64,000 bases of DNA from Candidatus Omnitrophota bacterium. GTDB taxonomy: Bacteria; Omnitrophota; Gorgyraeia; Gygaellales; Profunditerraquicolaceae. The translations under genes were made by a program, and so were the position numbers. Where the stretch lies: assembly GCA_003598025.1 (NCBI GenBank), contig QZKH01000009.1:896-64895 (forward strand), given 5' to 3'. Below the pieces are notes generated by a model that had not been told where the DNA came from, searched no databases, and worked only from the letters and a program-made list of their open reading frames with translations. Below, piece by piece: positions 1 to 10,580 of the stretch (its first letter is position 1; each line of letters starts with the position of its first letter).

Positions 1-1479
1 TAATAATAAATTTCCAAGCCCGGATGCGATGCTTTTTAATATATTCTTCTGTGGATTAGAGAATAAAATTACCAGCGCACAACCTGCGATTATCATCCAT
101 TTCACAAAACCGGGGAAAACTTCTGCTAAAATAAGCAATTTTGCCAGGAAAAACGCTGACCACAATATTAGAATCCAGCCTATATCAGCCAGCATGCTCA
201 GAGAAGGCGCTTTTACTGCCGCCCGCCAGGCATGGGCTATGCTTAAGTGCACAGCTCCTAAAAGAAAACAAAAAGCCTGGACGTTTTTATCTTCCCTTAA
301 AGCCGGCAGCAAAGGCTTGATAGCTTGCGTAAGCCATTCCTGGCCAAAAAACGTACCGGTCAAAACACCCCAGATAATAGCACATAAGCTCAAAATATAA
401 AATAAAATAAAAAGCGACGCGTTTGTTTTATGCGCGAATTTCCTGTTAAAAATAACGGTGATAATAAAAAATACCAGCCCGTATCCCGCATCTCCGATAA
501 GCATACCAAAGAATATGGAAAAAAATACCAGGAACCACATACTGATATCCAGTTCCCTATACCCGGGGATAACTTCAACAACCTTAAATAAAGGGCTTAT
601 AATCGAAACCCATCTTGGATTACGTATCAAAGTAGGGACCATATCATCTTGGCCCGGGTCTTTTATCATCAAGCCCCATTTTTCTTGCCTGCTTAAATTA
701 TACAGATTGGATTCAGCATCATAAGGAAGATAACCGCTTAGATACATAATATCTCCGTCCTGCCCCATGCCTCTAAGAGTATTATGAAATTCCAAATCCC
801 TCTCTATTGCAGACCTTACAGCTTTTAATTTATCTATATAAACAGAATATCTGCAAATATCATCCTTGATAATGCTCATCAAGCGACCGTCTTCGTATAG
901 CCGCTTCTGCATTTTGCTTAACCCCATTGATGGCAGAGCTAACTCTTTAAAAGGTATTTCTGCTTTTCTGCCTTTACTTATGACTATGCAATTAATTAAA
1001 CCTCCGGTTACAGATACTTTTTTCAATATGAACTCTTGGCTATTTATCGACTCAAACTCTTTGGCCGGTATTTGATACAGGCTTACAAAAATACCGGAGT
1101 TTGACAAAAGTTTAATTTCTTCAGGATCAAAATCGCCCCATAGCTGCCATTGTGTTATTCTATTCTTTAAGTGGTGAGAATATTCCTCCAGCTGTTCAAG
1201 CCTGTTATTTAAGTCGATTATATGTTTTACAAGAAAACGCCAATCCTGATCAAATTTTGGTTTGCCGGGCGAACAAACTTTAGAGAATTCCGGACTCGAT
1301 AATATTGCCAATACACTGTTCACAGAGAGAATATCGTCGTTTAACCCCTGTATCTCTTGCCCGTGGGGAACCTGCTGATGCTCAATATGCACCGCCCCAA
1401 GCTTTCTTAAGTGCAGTGTGGCGCTGGATGCATCTTTTGACTGCACAAAAACAAATATTTTTTTCATCGGGACAATCAT
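1..1479 (-). CDS. atpI: V-type ATP synthase subunit I (partial, runs off the window start)
   Basis: Not in ORF track. ATG at 1479 overlaps the atpD stop (ATGA) and reads MIVPMKKIFVFVQSKDA; position after subunit D; hydrophobic C-terminal region. Confidence 0.88.
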   Translation of the reverse strand, partial: MIVPMKKIFVFVQSKDASSATLHLRKLGAVHIEHQQVPHGQEIQGLNDDILSVNSVLAILSSPEFSKVCSPGKPKFDQDWRFLVKHIIDLNNRLEQLEEYSHHLKNRITQWQLWGDFDPEEIKLLSNSGIFVSLYQIPAKEFESINSQEFILKKVSVTGGLINCIVISKGRKAEIPFKELALPSMGLSKMQKRLYEDGRLMSIIKDDICRYSVYIDKLKAVRSAIERDLEFHNTLRGMGQDGDIMYLSGYLPYDAESNLYNLSRQEKWGLMIKDPGQDDMVPTLIRNPRWVSIISPLFKVVEVIPGYRELDISMWFLVFFSIFFGMLIGDAGYGLVFFIITVIFNRKFAHKTNASLFILFYILSLCAIIWGVLTGTFFGQEWLTQAIKPLLPALREDKNVQAFCFLLGAVHLSIAHAWRAAVKAPSLSMLADIGWILILWSAFFLAKLLILAEVFPGFVKWMIIAGCALVILFSNPQKNILKSIASGLGNLLL

Positions 1480-2093
1480 GCGGCAACCTCGGATAAAATC
1501 AGGTTTTCTATTTTACGTTTGGCCATTTTGCTCCTGCCAACTGCATTTGTCATTTGGTCCCCAAGATATATCTTAATCAATCTTATTGCCTCTTCTGATT
1601 CGGGTATCTTAACTTTCTCAAAGAGATTAACCCTTTGGGTCGTCACACGCAATTCGTGCTTTAGTATATTTATGCCTTTATCAATAATGTTGATTTCTGC
1701 CTGGAGAGAAATCAATTCCTTAAGCGCCTCAATTGCATTATCTACCCATAAAGGTGTCGTGAAAAGATCATATTCCGTCTCTTTAAATTCAGCCTTTTCA
1801 AAAACCGGGATATCTACACCTGCTATATTATGTATGGAGGTCACGGTTTTTTCGAAAGCGAATAGCTCTTTTATGTTTACCTGTGGTTCGGCCAAAAGCC
1901 CTGCCCAGACAAATATGCTCTTAAGCTTCTTCTCCCTGTGTTTATCAGCCTGGTCTTTTAAGGATAGCTGGCGCAATATTTCCATCTGCAGCTGTTGCTT
2001 CTTTAGCTGTAACGTGGGCAGATATCTTTCGTATTGCCTTAGAGCATCTCTTTGCCTCTTTAATTCCCCTTTAGTAAGCTTTATCTTCCCCAT
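1476..2093 (-). CDS. atpD: V-type ATP synthase subunit D
   Basis: LPTLQLKKQQL and TTQRVNLFEKVKIP motifs. Confidence 0.95.
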   Translation of the reverse strand: MGKIKLTKGELKRQRDALRQYERYLPTLQLKKQQLQMEILRQLSLKDQADKHREKKLKSIFVWAGLLAEPQVNIKELFAFEKTVTSIHNIAGVDIPVFEKAEFKETEYDLFTTPLWVDNAIEALKELISLQAEINIIDKGINILKHELRVTTQRVNLFEKVKIPESEEAIRLIKIYLGDQMTNAVGRSKMAKRKIENLILSEVAA

Positions 2094-2126
2094 ATTTATG
2101 AACTATGAACCTCGAGCTATGAACTA
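2094..2126. repeat. Heptamer array (TATGAAC family)
   Basis: TATGAAC TATGAAC CTCGAGC TATGAAC between atpB and atpD. Confidence 0.75.
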
Positions 2127-3416
2127 TTTCGGCCAATACTGTTCTATCACAGACTGTTTTATGCCGGTCTCTTCCGGGGTAAAACAAGCTGATAGTATCT
2201 GCCAACCCTTATCCAAAGCCTTCTCAAGAGGGATATTGACCTCTAGAGACATCATTTCCTTCTCAAATAAATCACCGTATTTTAAAAGTTTATTATCCCA
2301 GCCACTCATCTGGAAACCCATAGCCCGTTTCTCAAGCGCCTCACGGTAGCTGGCAAAAAGCTGAATCATTGTATCCATTATCGTCCTATGATCAGGGCGC
2401 GTCTTGCCATTGACCTGCTGTTTAAGGCGACTTAAAGAACCGAAAGGCTCGATTACTCTATTCTTTAAATAAAACTGGCCTTCGGTAATATATCCTGTGT
2501 TATCAGGGACAGGATGCGTGACATCATCGCCAGGCATAGTAGTCACGGCAAGTATAGTTATTGAGCCTGCCGTATCAAAATCAACGGCCTTTTCATATCT
2601 TGCCGCCAGTTGACTATACAGGTCTCCTGGGTAACCGCGGTTAGAAGGCACCTGTTCCATCGTAATCGAAATTTCTTTAAGTGCATCCGCAAAATTAGTC
2701 ATATCAGTCAGTAAAACCAAGACTCTCTTGCCTGAAAGAGCAAATTGCTCAGCTACTGCCAGGCTTATATCCGGGACCAATAAGCATTCTACGGTAGGGT
2801 CTGCTGCAGTATGTATAAAAAATATTGAGCGCGATAGAGCTCCCTGTTCCTGCAGTTTATCTCTGAAAAATAAATAACTATCAAATTTTAAACCCATACC
2901 CCCGAGAATTATTATATCGACCTCCGCCTGTACTGCTATCCTGGCAAGAAGCTCATTATAGGGTTCTCCGGCAATTGAAAATATGGGCAGCTTCTGAGAT
3001 TCAACAAGAGAGTTGAATACATCAATCATGGGGATACCGGTACGGATCATCTTATTCGGGATAATCCTTTTTACCGGGTTTACTGAAGGGCTGCCTATTT
3101 CAACCTGGTTATCGCCAAGTGCGGGCCCTTTATCCAGGGGCTGGCCGCTTCCATTAAAAATTCTTCCCAAAAGCGCATCGCCGCTTGTTATACGCATTGG
3201 ATGGCCGAAAAACCTCACTTTATCTCCCGTAGATATTCCTTTGCTTCCGGCAAAAACCTGCAGATACACTTTATTGTTGTCGATCCTTATTACCTGCGCA
3301 AGTGATATCCCGTATCTGGTGGTAACTTCGGCGATTTCCATATAACCAACATTATCGGCCTCAACAGTAATAACATCCCCTGATATTTGTATAATATTTG
3401 TATGTACTTTACGCAT
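2124..3416 (-). CDS. atpB: V-type ATP synthase subunit B
   Basis: [20 protein letters not shown] and [11 protein letters not shown] motifs. Confidence 0.97.
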   Translation of the reverse strand: MRKVHTNIIQISGDVITVEADNVGYMEIAEVTTRYGISLAQVIRIDNNKVYLQVFAGSKGISTGDKVRFFGHPMRITSGDALLGRIFNGSGQPLDKGPALGDNQVEIGSPSVNPVKRIIPNKMIRTGIPMIDVFNSLVESQKLPIFSIAGEPYNELLARIAVQAEVDIIILGGMGLKFDSYLFFRDKLQEQGALSRSIFFIHTAADPTVECLLVPDISLAVAEQFALSGKRVLVLLTDMTNFADALKEISITMEQVPSNRGYPGDLYSQLAARYEKAVDFDTAGSITILAVTTMPGDDVTHPVPDNTGYITEGQFYLKNRVIEPFGSLSRLKQQVNGKTRPDHRTIMDTMIQLFASYREALEKRAMGFQMSGWDNKLLKYGDLFEKEMMSLEVNIPLEKALDKGWQILSACFTPEETGIKQSVIEQYWPK

Positions 3417-5172
3417 TGGTTTTATCTTTCTCTTTCCTATCTAAACTCGCCTCATTTAATAACTCTTCGATTTCTGCCTGTGTCCTTTTAAAGCCCTCGG
3501 ATTGCCAGCTGGCAGAATTCCAGGTTTTGAATTTTTGCCTAAGCTTATGGAAAAACTGCAAAGCATTATCTTTGTCGGCAAACCTAATTTCTCTTTCAAG
3601 TATATTATTATAAATAAATTCAAATATGAACTTCTGCCTTTCGGTGATAGTCGCTTCATCCACCTCATCAAAAGCATTTTGTTGCAGGTAAACAAAATCA
3701 AAAAAATCTCCTTTTAGGTAATCTATATAATCAGCCACAGACGTCCCTTCTTCTCCGATAACTTTCATCATTTGCGATACATCGTTACTTTTACGTAATA
3801 TAGCATGGCCTTTTTTATTATGTTTTTCATTGATAAAGCTTGGGTATTTGCTCCAGCTTATCAGGGGATCGATAGAAGGGTACTTCCTGGCGTTAGAACG
3901 CTCGCGCGATAAACCGTGAAAAGCGCCTACGACCTTTAATGTCGCCTGAGTAACCGGCTCTTCAAAATTTCCTCCTGCAGGACTGACTGTCCCGCCTATG
4001 GTTACAGATCCGAGGGAGCCGTCATTAAGCCTGACAAAGCCTGCCCTTTCGTAAAAAGAAGCTATCCTGGACTCAAGATACGCAGGAAACGCCTCTTCTC
4101 CGGGGATCTCCTCTAATCTTCCGGACATCTCGCGCATTGCCTGAGCCCATCTGGAAGTAGAATCAGCTAACAGTAAAACGTTTAAGCCCATCTGACGGTA
4201 ATATTCAGCTATTGTGGCTGCGGTATAAACACTTGACTCTCTTGCAGCAACAGGCATAGAGCTGGTGTTGCAAATAATCACTGTTCTTTCCATCAATGGC
4301 CTGGAAGTCTTTGGGTCGATCAACTCAGGAAAAGTCTTTAGCGTTTCTACTACTTCGCCGGCCCTCTCTCCGCATGCAGCTATAATTACAACATCAACCT
4401 CAGCATGTCTGCTGGTCAGCTGTTGGAGAACGGTCTTGCCCGCACCAAAAGGCCCGGGGATGCAATAAGTACCTCCTTTGGCTACCGGAAATAAAGAATC
4501 AATTATCCTCATTTTAGTTATAAGTGGTTCCTCCGGCTTCAATTTCTCGGCATAAGCTTTTATAGGCACCTTAACCGGCCAGGTCTGCTTGAGAAAAACT
4601 TCGTGTGTATTGCCGTTTGAATCTTTTATAGAAGCAATGCTATCTTTAAGGCTGTAACTCCCCGGGCTTGATATTCTTTCTACCTCAAAAATACCGGATA
4701 AACCAAAAGGAACCATTACAAAATGCTTAAAGATATTCTCTGTAACAAAACCTATTTTATCTCCTGCGCGTACCTTGGCTTTTTCTTTAACCAAGGGCTG
4801 AAAATCCCATTTTGAATCAGGGTTAAGAGGCTGCAGATAAACTCCGCGCTTAAGAAAAAATCCGCACTCTTTTGCCAGTTCGGGAAGTGGGTTTTGCAGG
4901 CCATCGAATATCTGGCCCAGCAATCCCGGCCCGAGTTCAACCGAAAGCAGCTCGCCGGTGAATTCAGCTACTTCTCCGACCTTTAAATCAACAGTATTCT
5001 CATAAACCTGAGTTTCAGCGAGCTTGCCGCGCACCCTAATTACCTCTGCCTTTAACCTTTGGTCGCCATGTATAATATAAGCTACTTCATTCTGTATCAC
5101 AAAACTTTCCGCTTCCACAGTAACCATGTTGCCGTTTATCTTGACGATTTTGCCTGCCCTTAAAGAACTCAT
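3409..5172 (-). CDS. atpA: V-type ATP synthase subunit A
   Basis: Walker [26 protein letters not shown]. Confidence 0.97.
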   Translation of the reverse strand: MSSLRAGKIVKINGNMVTVEAESFVIQNEVAYIIHGDQRLKAEVIRVRGKLAETQVYENTVDLKVGEVAEFTGELLSVELGPGLLGQIFDGLQNPLPELAKECGFFLKRGVYLQPLNPDSKWDFQPLVKEKAKVRAGDKIGFVTENIFKHFVMVPFGLSGIFEVERISSPGSYSLKDSIASIKDSNGNTHEVFLKQTWPVKVPIKAYAEKLKPEEPLITKMRIIDSLFPVAKGGTYCIPGPFGAGKTVLQQLTSRHAEVDVVIIAACGERAGEVVETLKTFPELIDPKTSRPLMERTVIICNTSSMPVAARESSVYTAATIAEYYRQMGLNVLLLADSTSRWAQAMREMSGRLEEIPGEEAFPAYLESRIASFYERAGFVRLNDGSLGSVTIGGTVSPAGGNFEEPVTQATLKVVGAFHGLSRERSNARKYPSIDPLISWSKYPSFINEKHNKKGHAILRKSNDVSQMMKVIGEEGTSVADYIDYLKGDFFDFVYLQQNAFDEVDEATITERQKFIFEFIYNNILEREIRFADKDNALQFFHKLRQKFKTWNSASWQSEGFKRTQAEIEELLNEASLDRKEKDKTNA

Positions 5173-5177
5173 TTTTG

Positions 5178-5732
5178 CTATTCTCTCCTATCCATCCAGC
5201 CTTTATTTATTTCAGATATGCTCTTTAGAGCGCTCTCTTTATTAACTTGTCCGATATGATCCCAGCGATTTAATATTAGAAGCTTATACGCATAAACAAT
5301 AAGTACATCAATATCAAAATAATGCCCTTGCGCCAATCCTTCCAAATACCGCCATTTTTCGTTATCTAAAGCCCTTTCAGCCTCAATCAGAGAAGGTATC
5401 CTGTGGATATTCATAGCAATATGCGCAAGCTCAACATCATATTCTAAATCTGGCCGCAAATATTTATCCGCTGGCACATGCTTACGGCTTGCCCGTATCT
5501 TTACCAACTCATTTCTTAATCCATTATTAAATCTGTACCAATATTTTATTGTGGGCTGCGTTAATGAATAGGCTTCTTCCTTTTCACTAAAGATACTTTT
5601 TATTATTTCCAAATCGCCTGAGCCTATCATTTCGGAACACAACCCAATGAATTTTTCAGGGGTAAACGGTGCTCGCATCCCAAATTGCAGCAAGGGTAAG
5701 CTCGAGATTAAATATATATAATAACTTGGCAT
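5178..5732 (-). CDS. DUF2764 family V-ATPase-associated protein (subunit C-like)
   Basis: YLISSLP N-terminus, LRNELVKIRA; lies between subunits E and A. Confidence 0.85.
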   Translation of the reverse strand: MPSYYIYLISSLPLLQFGMRAPFTPEKFIGLCSEMIGSGDLEIIKSIFSEKEEAYSLTQPTIKYWYRFNNGLRNELVKIRASRKHVPADKYLRPDLEYDVELAHIAMNIHRIPSLIEAERALDNEKWRYLEGLAQGHYFDIDVLIVYAYKLLILNRWDHIGQVNKESALKSISEINKGWMDRRE

Positions 5733-6349
5733 TATCCCTTCTTGGAAGCTATCGGCTCTAGAATTTCTTTTAATTTCGGCTTAATTTGCGAACCAATAAA
5801 TTCTGCTAAAGCTTTATCAGTAAAATCAAAATGTGATTTACCCGAATCAAAGCTTATTATGAACCCTGCTGATATCTCCTGAGATTGTTTAAGGACTATC
5901 TCTCTTTTGGCCTCATTTTTAAGTTTAGCCAAGAAAGTATCACTTAGCTTCTCTATATCGGCCTTGCTCACAGATATTATTATGTCCTCCTTGGAAGACT
6001 TATTGCAACCTTTTATTATGCTGTTCATCATATTACCTAATTCTTGGGGAGTTAAGGCTTCCTTAACCTGTAAATCAATAATCCTATCCAGGATATTATT
6101 AACCTCTCTCTTTAAGGTAATAATAAAATCTCTTCCTGCCTGGGAGAGCATGGCTTTACTGCTTTCTTCTTCCCTGGCAATATTATCTTTTGCCTGCTTG
6201 ATAAGCCGCTCAGCTTCCTTCCTGGCTTCTGCAACAATACCGCTCGCTTTTAAGGCTGCCTCTTCTTCTATCTTTCTTGCCTTATCCTGGGCAGCCTTTA
6301 TCCCTTCTTCCTGTATTTTCTGTATCAAACCTTTGATATCTTCCGGCAT
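5732..6349 (-). CDS. atpE: V-type ATP synthase subunit E
   Basis: Charged N-terminal coiled coil (LIQKIQEEGI), C-terminal FDFTDKAL; first gene of V-ATPase cluster. Confidence 0.9.
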   Translation of the reverse strand: MPEDIKGLIQKIQEEGIKAAQDKARKIEEEAALKASGIVAEARKEAERLIKQAKDNIAREEESSKAMLSQAGRDFIITLKREVNNILDRIIDLQVKEALTPQELGNMMNSIIKGCNKSSKEDIIISVSKADIEKLSDTFLAKLKNEAKREIVLKQSQEISAGFIISFDSGKSHFDFTDKALAEFIGSQIKPKLKEILEPIASKKG

Positions 6350-6364
6350 ATTCCTCCCGCCTCT

Positions 6365-7036
6365 CTAATTAAGTTCTTTTAATAGCCGTTTAGCCATATC
6401 TAATGGATTCTCTGCTTTTAGAATCGGCCGGCCTACAACTATATAATTACTTCCTGCTTTTCGTGCTTGGCTTGCTGTAGCCACCCTCTTTTGATCATTA
6501 GCAGATACGCCTTCAGGCCTTATCCCCGGGGTAACTATAAGAAAAACCCTTTTGATATTTTCCCTTAAGAAAGCTGCTTCCCTGGCAGAACAAACAACGC
6601 CATCCAGGCCGCTTTCAATGCCAATTTTCGCTAAGGCTAAAACGCCGCTTAATTTAGTGTCCTTGCTGGTCAGAACCGTAACTCCTATAATCAATGGGCG
6701 CTTTTTTTTGATGGCTGCGGCCTCTTGGCTAGCTGCCTTAACCGCTGACCTAAGCATTTCCTGGCCGCCTGATATATGCAAAGTAATCATTTTTACATTT
6801 AATCTGACTGCCTCTTTTACCGCGTTTGCAACGGTGTTAGGAATATCAAAAAATTTAAGGTCAAGAAAAACCTGACCACCTTTCTTGTTAATAAAATCTA
6901 TTATTTTAGGCCCGCAAGAAGTAAACAATTGTATGCCTACTTTGAAAATCTTTACCGTAGGGTAAAGTTTGTTGACCCATTTTTTTGCCTCTTCATAGCT
7001 ATCCAAATCTAAAGCGAGAATTAAATCGGTCTTCAA
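6365..7036 (-). CDS. pyrF: Orotidine-5'-phosphate decarboxylase
   Basis: FLDLKFFDIPNTV, TPGIR, VVGRPI. Confidence 0.96.
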   Translation of the reverse strand: MKTDLILALDLDSYEEAKKWVNKLYPTVKIFKVGIQLFTSCGPKIIDFINKKGGQVFLDLKFFDIPNTVANAVKEAVRLNVKMITLHISGGQEMLRSAVKAASQEAAAIKKKRPLIIGVTVLTSKDTKLSGVLALAKIGIESGLDGVVCSAREAAFLRENIKRVFLIVTPGIRPEGVSANDQKRVATASQARKAGSNYIVVGRPILKAENPLDMAKRLLKELN

Positions 7037-7974
7037 ACTTCAAGCCCTCCTATAATAGATCTAACTGTTTTTATCTTGTTTTTCGACAGATATTCTTCTA
7101 AGCCGGAAATTATTTTTATTGCCGTATCGGGATAAACAAAGTTGGCTGTCCCTATGCTTACTGCGGTTGCCCCAGCAACAATAAATTCAAGGGCATCTGA
7201 AGTATTCATTATACCACCCATGCCTATAATGGGAAGTTTTATGTTATTGAATACCTCCCAGGCCATCCTTACAGCAATAGGCCTGATTGCAGGGCCGCTT
7301 AAACCCCCTGTAACAGAGGCTATCTTTGGCCTACGGGTATTTATATTAATACACATACCTGATAATGTGTTAATCAAAGAGATGGCATCACTGCCTGCGC
7401 TTTCGGCAGCCCTAGCTATATCAGAAATACAAGTAACATTCGGAGAAAGCTTGGTAATTATTACCTTTCTCGTTTTTCTACGCACAGCCTTAACTAATTC
7501 ATAAGTAGCGCGCGCATCCTGACTGATAAGACTTAACCCTTCTGCCCCTTGATTCCTTGATTCCTTCTTAATATTAGGGCAAGATATGTTCAACTCTATT
7601 GCGGATATCTCTTTTACTTTGTCGAGCAACGAAGCTAATTCGACAAACTCTGAAGCATCTTTTTCCGAAGCAATGCTTACAATAACCGGGGCACCGGTGC
7701 TAAGCAGGTATTTAAGTTTATCCTTAATAAAGGCATCAACGCCCGGATTTTCCAGCCCTATAGAATTCAATAATCCCGATGGAGTCTCGCAAGTCCGGGG
7801 AGCAGGGTTCCCTTTACGGGGCTTTAACGTAATTGTTTTTGTAACGATAGCCCCGAGCCTGCTAAGGTCCATAAATCCCTCGAATTCCTCGGCATAACCG
7901 AAAGTGCCCGATGCCACCATAACCGGGTTCTTTAATTTAAGTTTTCCTATGTTTATGCGAAGGTCTGTCTTCAT
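7033..7974 (-). CDS. pyrD: Dihydroorotate dehydrogenase family 1B, catalytic subunit
   Basis: NSIGLENPG, ELNISCPN, KLSPNV, GGLSG. Confidence 0.96.
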   Translation of the reverse strand: MKTDLRINIGKLKLKNPVMVASGTFGYAEEFEGFMDLSRLGAIVTKTITLKPRKGNPAPRTCETPSGLLNSIGLENPGVDAFIKDKLKYLLSTGAPVIVSIASEKDASEFVELASLLDKVKEISAIELNISCPNIKKESRNQGAEGLSLISQDARATYELVKAVRRKTRKVIITKLSPNVTCISDIARAAESAGSDAISLINTLSGMCININTRRPKIASVTGGLSGPAIRPIAVRMAWEVFNNIKLPIIGMGGIMNTSDALEFIVAGATAVSIGTANFVYPDTAIKIISGLEEYLSKNKIKTVRSIIGGLEV

Positions 7975-7976
7975 AT

Positions 7977-8336
7977 TTACTTAATAAAAATCATACGTAA
8001 AGAAATAGCTAACAAGAATAAACCAAAAAGCCTTTTAAGCATTTGCTCTGGTATGTTCTGCACAAGACTTGCTCCAATGAGCCCTCCGATAATGAATCCT
8101 ATACAAATAAACATGGCCATGCCAAGTTTCACATTGCCGCTATAATAATAACGCAGCGCAGCTAACAAGCCTATCGGCGGCACCATTATGGCCAAAGTTG
8201 TCCCTTGCGCCTGATGTTGTGTCAACCCAAAAAAGAATATTAACGCGGGTATAAGTATCGAACCTCCACCTATACCAAACATACCGCCTAATACCCCTGC
8301 TACAAGCCCTAATATAACATAAAATACCTGTAACAT
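7977..8336 (-). CDS. Half-size TSUP (TauE/SafE) family membrane protein
   Basis: GMFGIGGGSILIP and QHQAQGTTLA motifs; start moved to the ATG downstream of a GGAGG RBS. Confidence 0.85.
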   Translation of the reverse strand: MLQVFYVILGLVAGVLGGMFGIGGGSILIPALIFFFGLTQHQAQGTTLAIMVPPIGLLAALRYYYSGNVKLGMAMFICIGFIIGGLIGASLVQNIPEQMLKRLFGLFLLAISLRMIFIK

Positions 8337-8350
8337 AAACCCTCCTTGAG

Positions 8351-9262
8351 CTACTTCCAAATTAATTCTTCGGCATTAAAAACAGGGCCGTCTTTACAAA
8401 CCCGCCTATACCCTGTTTTAGTATCAACAACGCAACCCAAGCAGGCCCCGATACCGCAAGCCATATGCTCTTCCATTGAGACCTGCGCCGATATATTCAT
8501 GCCGGATGAAATCCTGCTTATCTCTTTTAACATAGGCTTTGGGCCGCAGGCATATATTTTTGTATTGCGTATTGCGTATTGCGTATTGCGCAAAATATAC
8601 TCTAATAACTCTGTAGCTTTTCCTTTAAACCCTCTTGAGCCGTCATCGGTAGCAATCTTAACAACGCAACCCAGCTTCTTAAACTCATCCTCGCATAATA
8701 TTTGATTTTTTGACTTTGCCCCAATCAACACTAATACTCTATGTCTTTGCGACCGAAGGGAGTCCTGAGCGACTTGTGGTGAGCGAAGTCGAACCAAGTC
8801 GAAGGATGACTTTGTGACTTTATGACCTGTTATCTTTTCCGCAAGAAATAGTAACGGCGCAGTACCCATTCCTCCGGCGACAATGACTGTCGGCTGATAG
8901 CTGACGGCTGATAGCTGACGACTTATAGCTGACGGCTGATATTCAAATCCATTACCCAACGGGCCGATAATATTAATTCTTGCACCGCTTTTGATTTGGG
9001 ATAACAACCCTGTACCTTTGCCTAAGGCCTCATAAAGGATAGTAAAGTTTCCGTTGCCCGCCTTGTGTATACTAAAAGGCCTTCTTAAAAAAGCCTCTTC
9101 CTTGCCGCTAATCATTACTTGCACAAAATGTCCCGGCCGGGCATATTTTGCGATAGAAACACAACTAAAGACGATTTTGTAATAATTTAACGCGATATGT
9201 TTATTAGATAATACTCTGGCCTCTGTTTGGAAAACTCGTTCCGTCATTTTTATTTTTGGCAT
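8351..9262 (-). CDS. pyrK: Dihydroorotate dehydrogenase electron transfer subunit, carrying three in-frame repeat insertions
   Basis: RRPFSI, GPLGNGF, AGGMG, TDDGS, CGPKPM, MACGIGACLGC...VCKDGPVF. Confidence 0.95.
   Translation of the reverse strand: MPKIKMTERVFQTEARVLSNKHIALNYYKIVFSCVSIAKYARPGHFVQVMISGKEEAFLRRPFSIHKAGNGNFTILYEALGKGTGLLSQIKSGARINIIGPLGNGFEYQPSAISRQLSAVSYQPTVIVAGGMGTAPLLFLAEKITGHKVTKSSFDLVRLRSPQVAQDSLRSQRHRVLVLIGAKSKNQILCEDEFKKLGCVVKIATDDGSRGFKGKATELLEYILRNTQYAIRNTKIYACGPKPMLKEISRISSGMNISAQVSMEEHMACGIGACLGCVVDTKTGYRRVCKDGPVFNAEELIWK
8562..8590. repeat. Tandem heptamer (GTATTGC)x4 inside pyrK
   Basis: Four perfect copies; encodes LRNTQYAIRNT. Confidence 0.9.
8742..8827. repeat. 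Nested REP-like palindrome with flanking octamer repeats inside pyrK
   Basis: - strand reads GTCATAAA GTCACAAA GTCA TCCTTCGACTT-GGTTCGACTTCGCTCACC-ACAAGTCGCTCAGGA CTCCCTTCGGTCG CAAAGAC. Confidence 0.75.
8892..8940. repeat. Seven degenerate heptamers (ATCAGCC/GTCAGCT) inside pyrK
   Basis: - strand reads ATCAGCC GTCAGCT ATAAGTC GTCAGCT ATCAGCC GTCAGCT ATCAGCC; encodes YQPSAISRQLSAVSYQP. Confidence 0.9.
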
Positions 9263-10050
9263 TTTGCGCAGAAATAAGTACCCCTGCCCCCCAAAACGAT
9301 TCTTTTAACCGGAGACTTACAGATAAAACATGGCTTGCCTTCTCTGCCATACACCTTATGATACCGCACATAATTACCGGGTTTCCCTGAAAGCCGCACA
9401 TAATCATCTACTGATGAGCCCCCGTGTTTTATTGCATCGGACAAGACCCTTTTGACAGCATAAAAAAGCTCTGCCTTTTCTTTATCAATTAGGGCCATTG
9501 CCGGTTTACTCGGATTTATTTTAGCAAGAAATAGGCTTTCTGCGGCATAAAGGTTACCTATGCCGGAAATGAATTTTTGATCCATAAGCAGCGGTTTGAT
9601 TTTAGTCTTTTTTTTAGCGAGCATATCCTTAAACTGGGTGAGAGTCAAATCAAATGGCTCCGGACCTAATTCTTTAATGTAACTTAGCTTATGCCAATCA
9701 TCAAGCAGCCTTAATTCAGCAAATAACCTTTGATCGTTAAAATCAAGAACGGTGCCATCTGATAAATTAAAGCTGACCCTGCTTTTCTTTCCTCCGCCGG
9801 GATAAACCAGCTGGCCGGTCATTTTCAGATGGATCGTCAAAAATTTTCCATTAGACAGTTCCAGGATTAAAAGCTTTGCTTTACGTATTATATTTCTGAT
9901 TACTGTATTTTCTATGCCTTTTTTAAATTCTTCCACCGATGGATAACGGATCACTAAAGGGTGATGTACGCATACCTCTTTAATTCTTTTGCCTAAAAGA
10001 GTTTTCTCTAAATCATTTTTGATTGTCTCTACTTCCGGCAATTCAGGCAT
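9250..10050 (-). CDS. mutM: Formamidopyrimidine-DNA glycosylase
   Basis: MPELPEVE start, HLKMTG, GIGNLYA, C-terminal zinc finger. Confidence 0.97.
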   Translation of the reverse strand: MPELPEVETIKNDLEKTLLGKRIKEVCVHHPLVIRYPSVEEFKKGIENTVIRNIIRKAKLLILELSNGKFLTIHLKMTGQLVYPGGGKKSRVSFNLSDGTVLDFNDQRLFAELRLLDDWHKLSYIKELGPEPFDLTLTQFKDMLAKKKTKIKPLLMDQKFISGIGNLYAAESLFLAKINPSKPAMALIDKEKAELFYAVKRVLSDAIKHGGSSVDDYVRLSGKPGNYVRYHKVYGREGKPCFICKSPVKRIVLGGRGTYFCAKCQK

Positions 10051-10175
10051 TTTTCTCCAGCTGGCTTAACAAATACCCATAAACAATGAACCAAGATCTA
10101 TAAATTTAAACCTTTTTTGTGTCTTTGTGACGTGTGACTTTGTGTCTAAATACTCTAATCTATTTCTATGAACTA

Positions 10176-10580
10176 TCAACAATGAACTACCTTAACCCAT
10201 ACCTCTCTTGATCGCGGGCCATCACTTTCACAAAAATATATCCCCTGCCATGCACCTAAAGCCATCTCTCCGCCGGTGATAAAAATACTTAATGATGCCC
10301 CCAGCAGTGACGACCTTATATGACTGTCAGAATTACCCTCTGCGTGCTCATAAGGATAATCCTCGGGTATAAGTTTACTGAGTAAGCTTATGATATCTTT
10401 CCTGGCAGAAGGATCGGCATTTTCATTAATAGTAAGCCCCGCAGTTGTATGGGGGCAAAAAATAAAACAAATACCTTCTTTAACCCTGCTTACCGCTACG
10501 ATTCTCTTGATTCGCTCGGTAATATCTAGCAGCTCAAATCTTTTATTTGTTTTTATGCTTAGTTTTTCCAACTTTTGCAT
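10176..10580 (-). CDS. yjbQ: YjbQ (UPF0047) family protein
   Basis: [36 protein letters not shown]. Confidence 0.92.
   Translation of the reverse strand: MQKLEKLSIKTNKRFELLDITERIKRIVAVSRVKEGICFIFCPHTTAGLTINENADPSARKDIISLLSKLIPEDYPYEHAEGNSDSHIRSSLLGASLSIFITGGEMALGAWQGIYFCESDGPRSREVWVKVVHC

Noticed and set aside
7548-7568. AAGGAATC x2 in a pyrD loop
   Set aside because: Only about two copies; may belong to the repeat phenomenon but could arise by chance.
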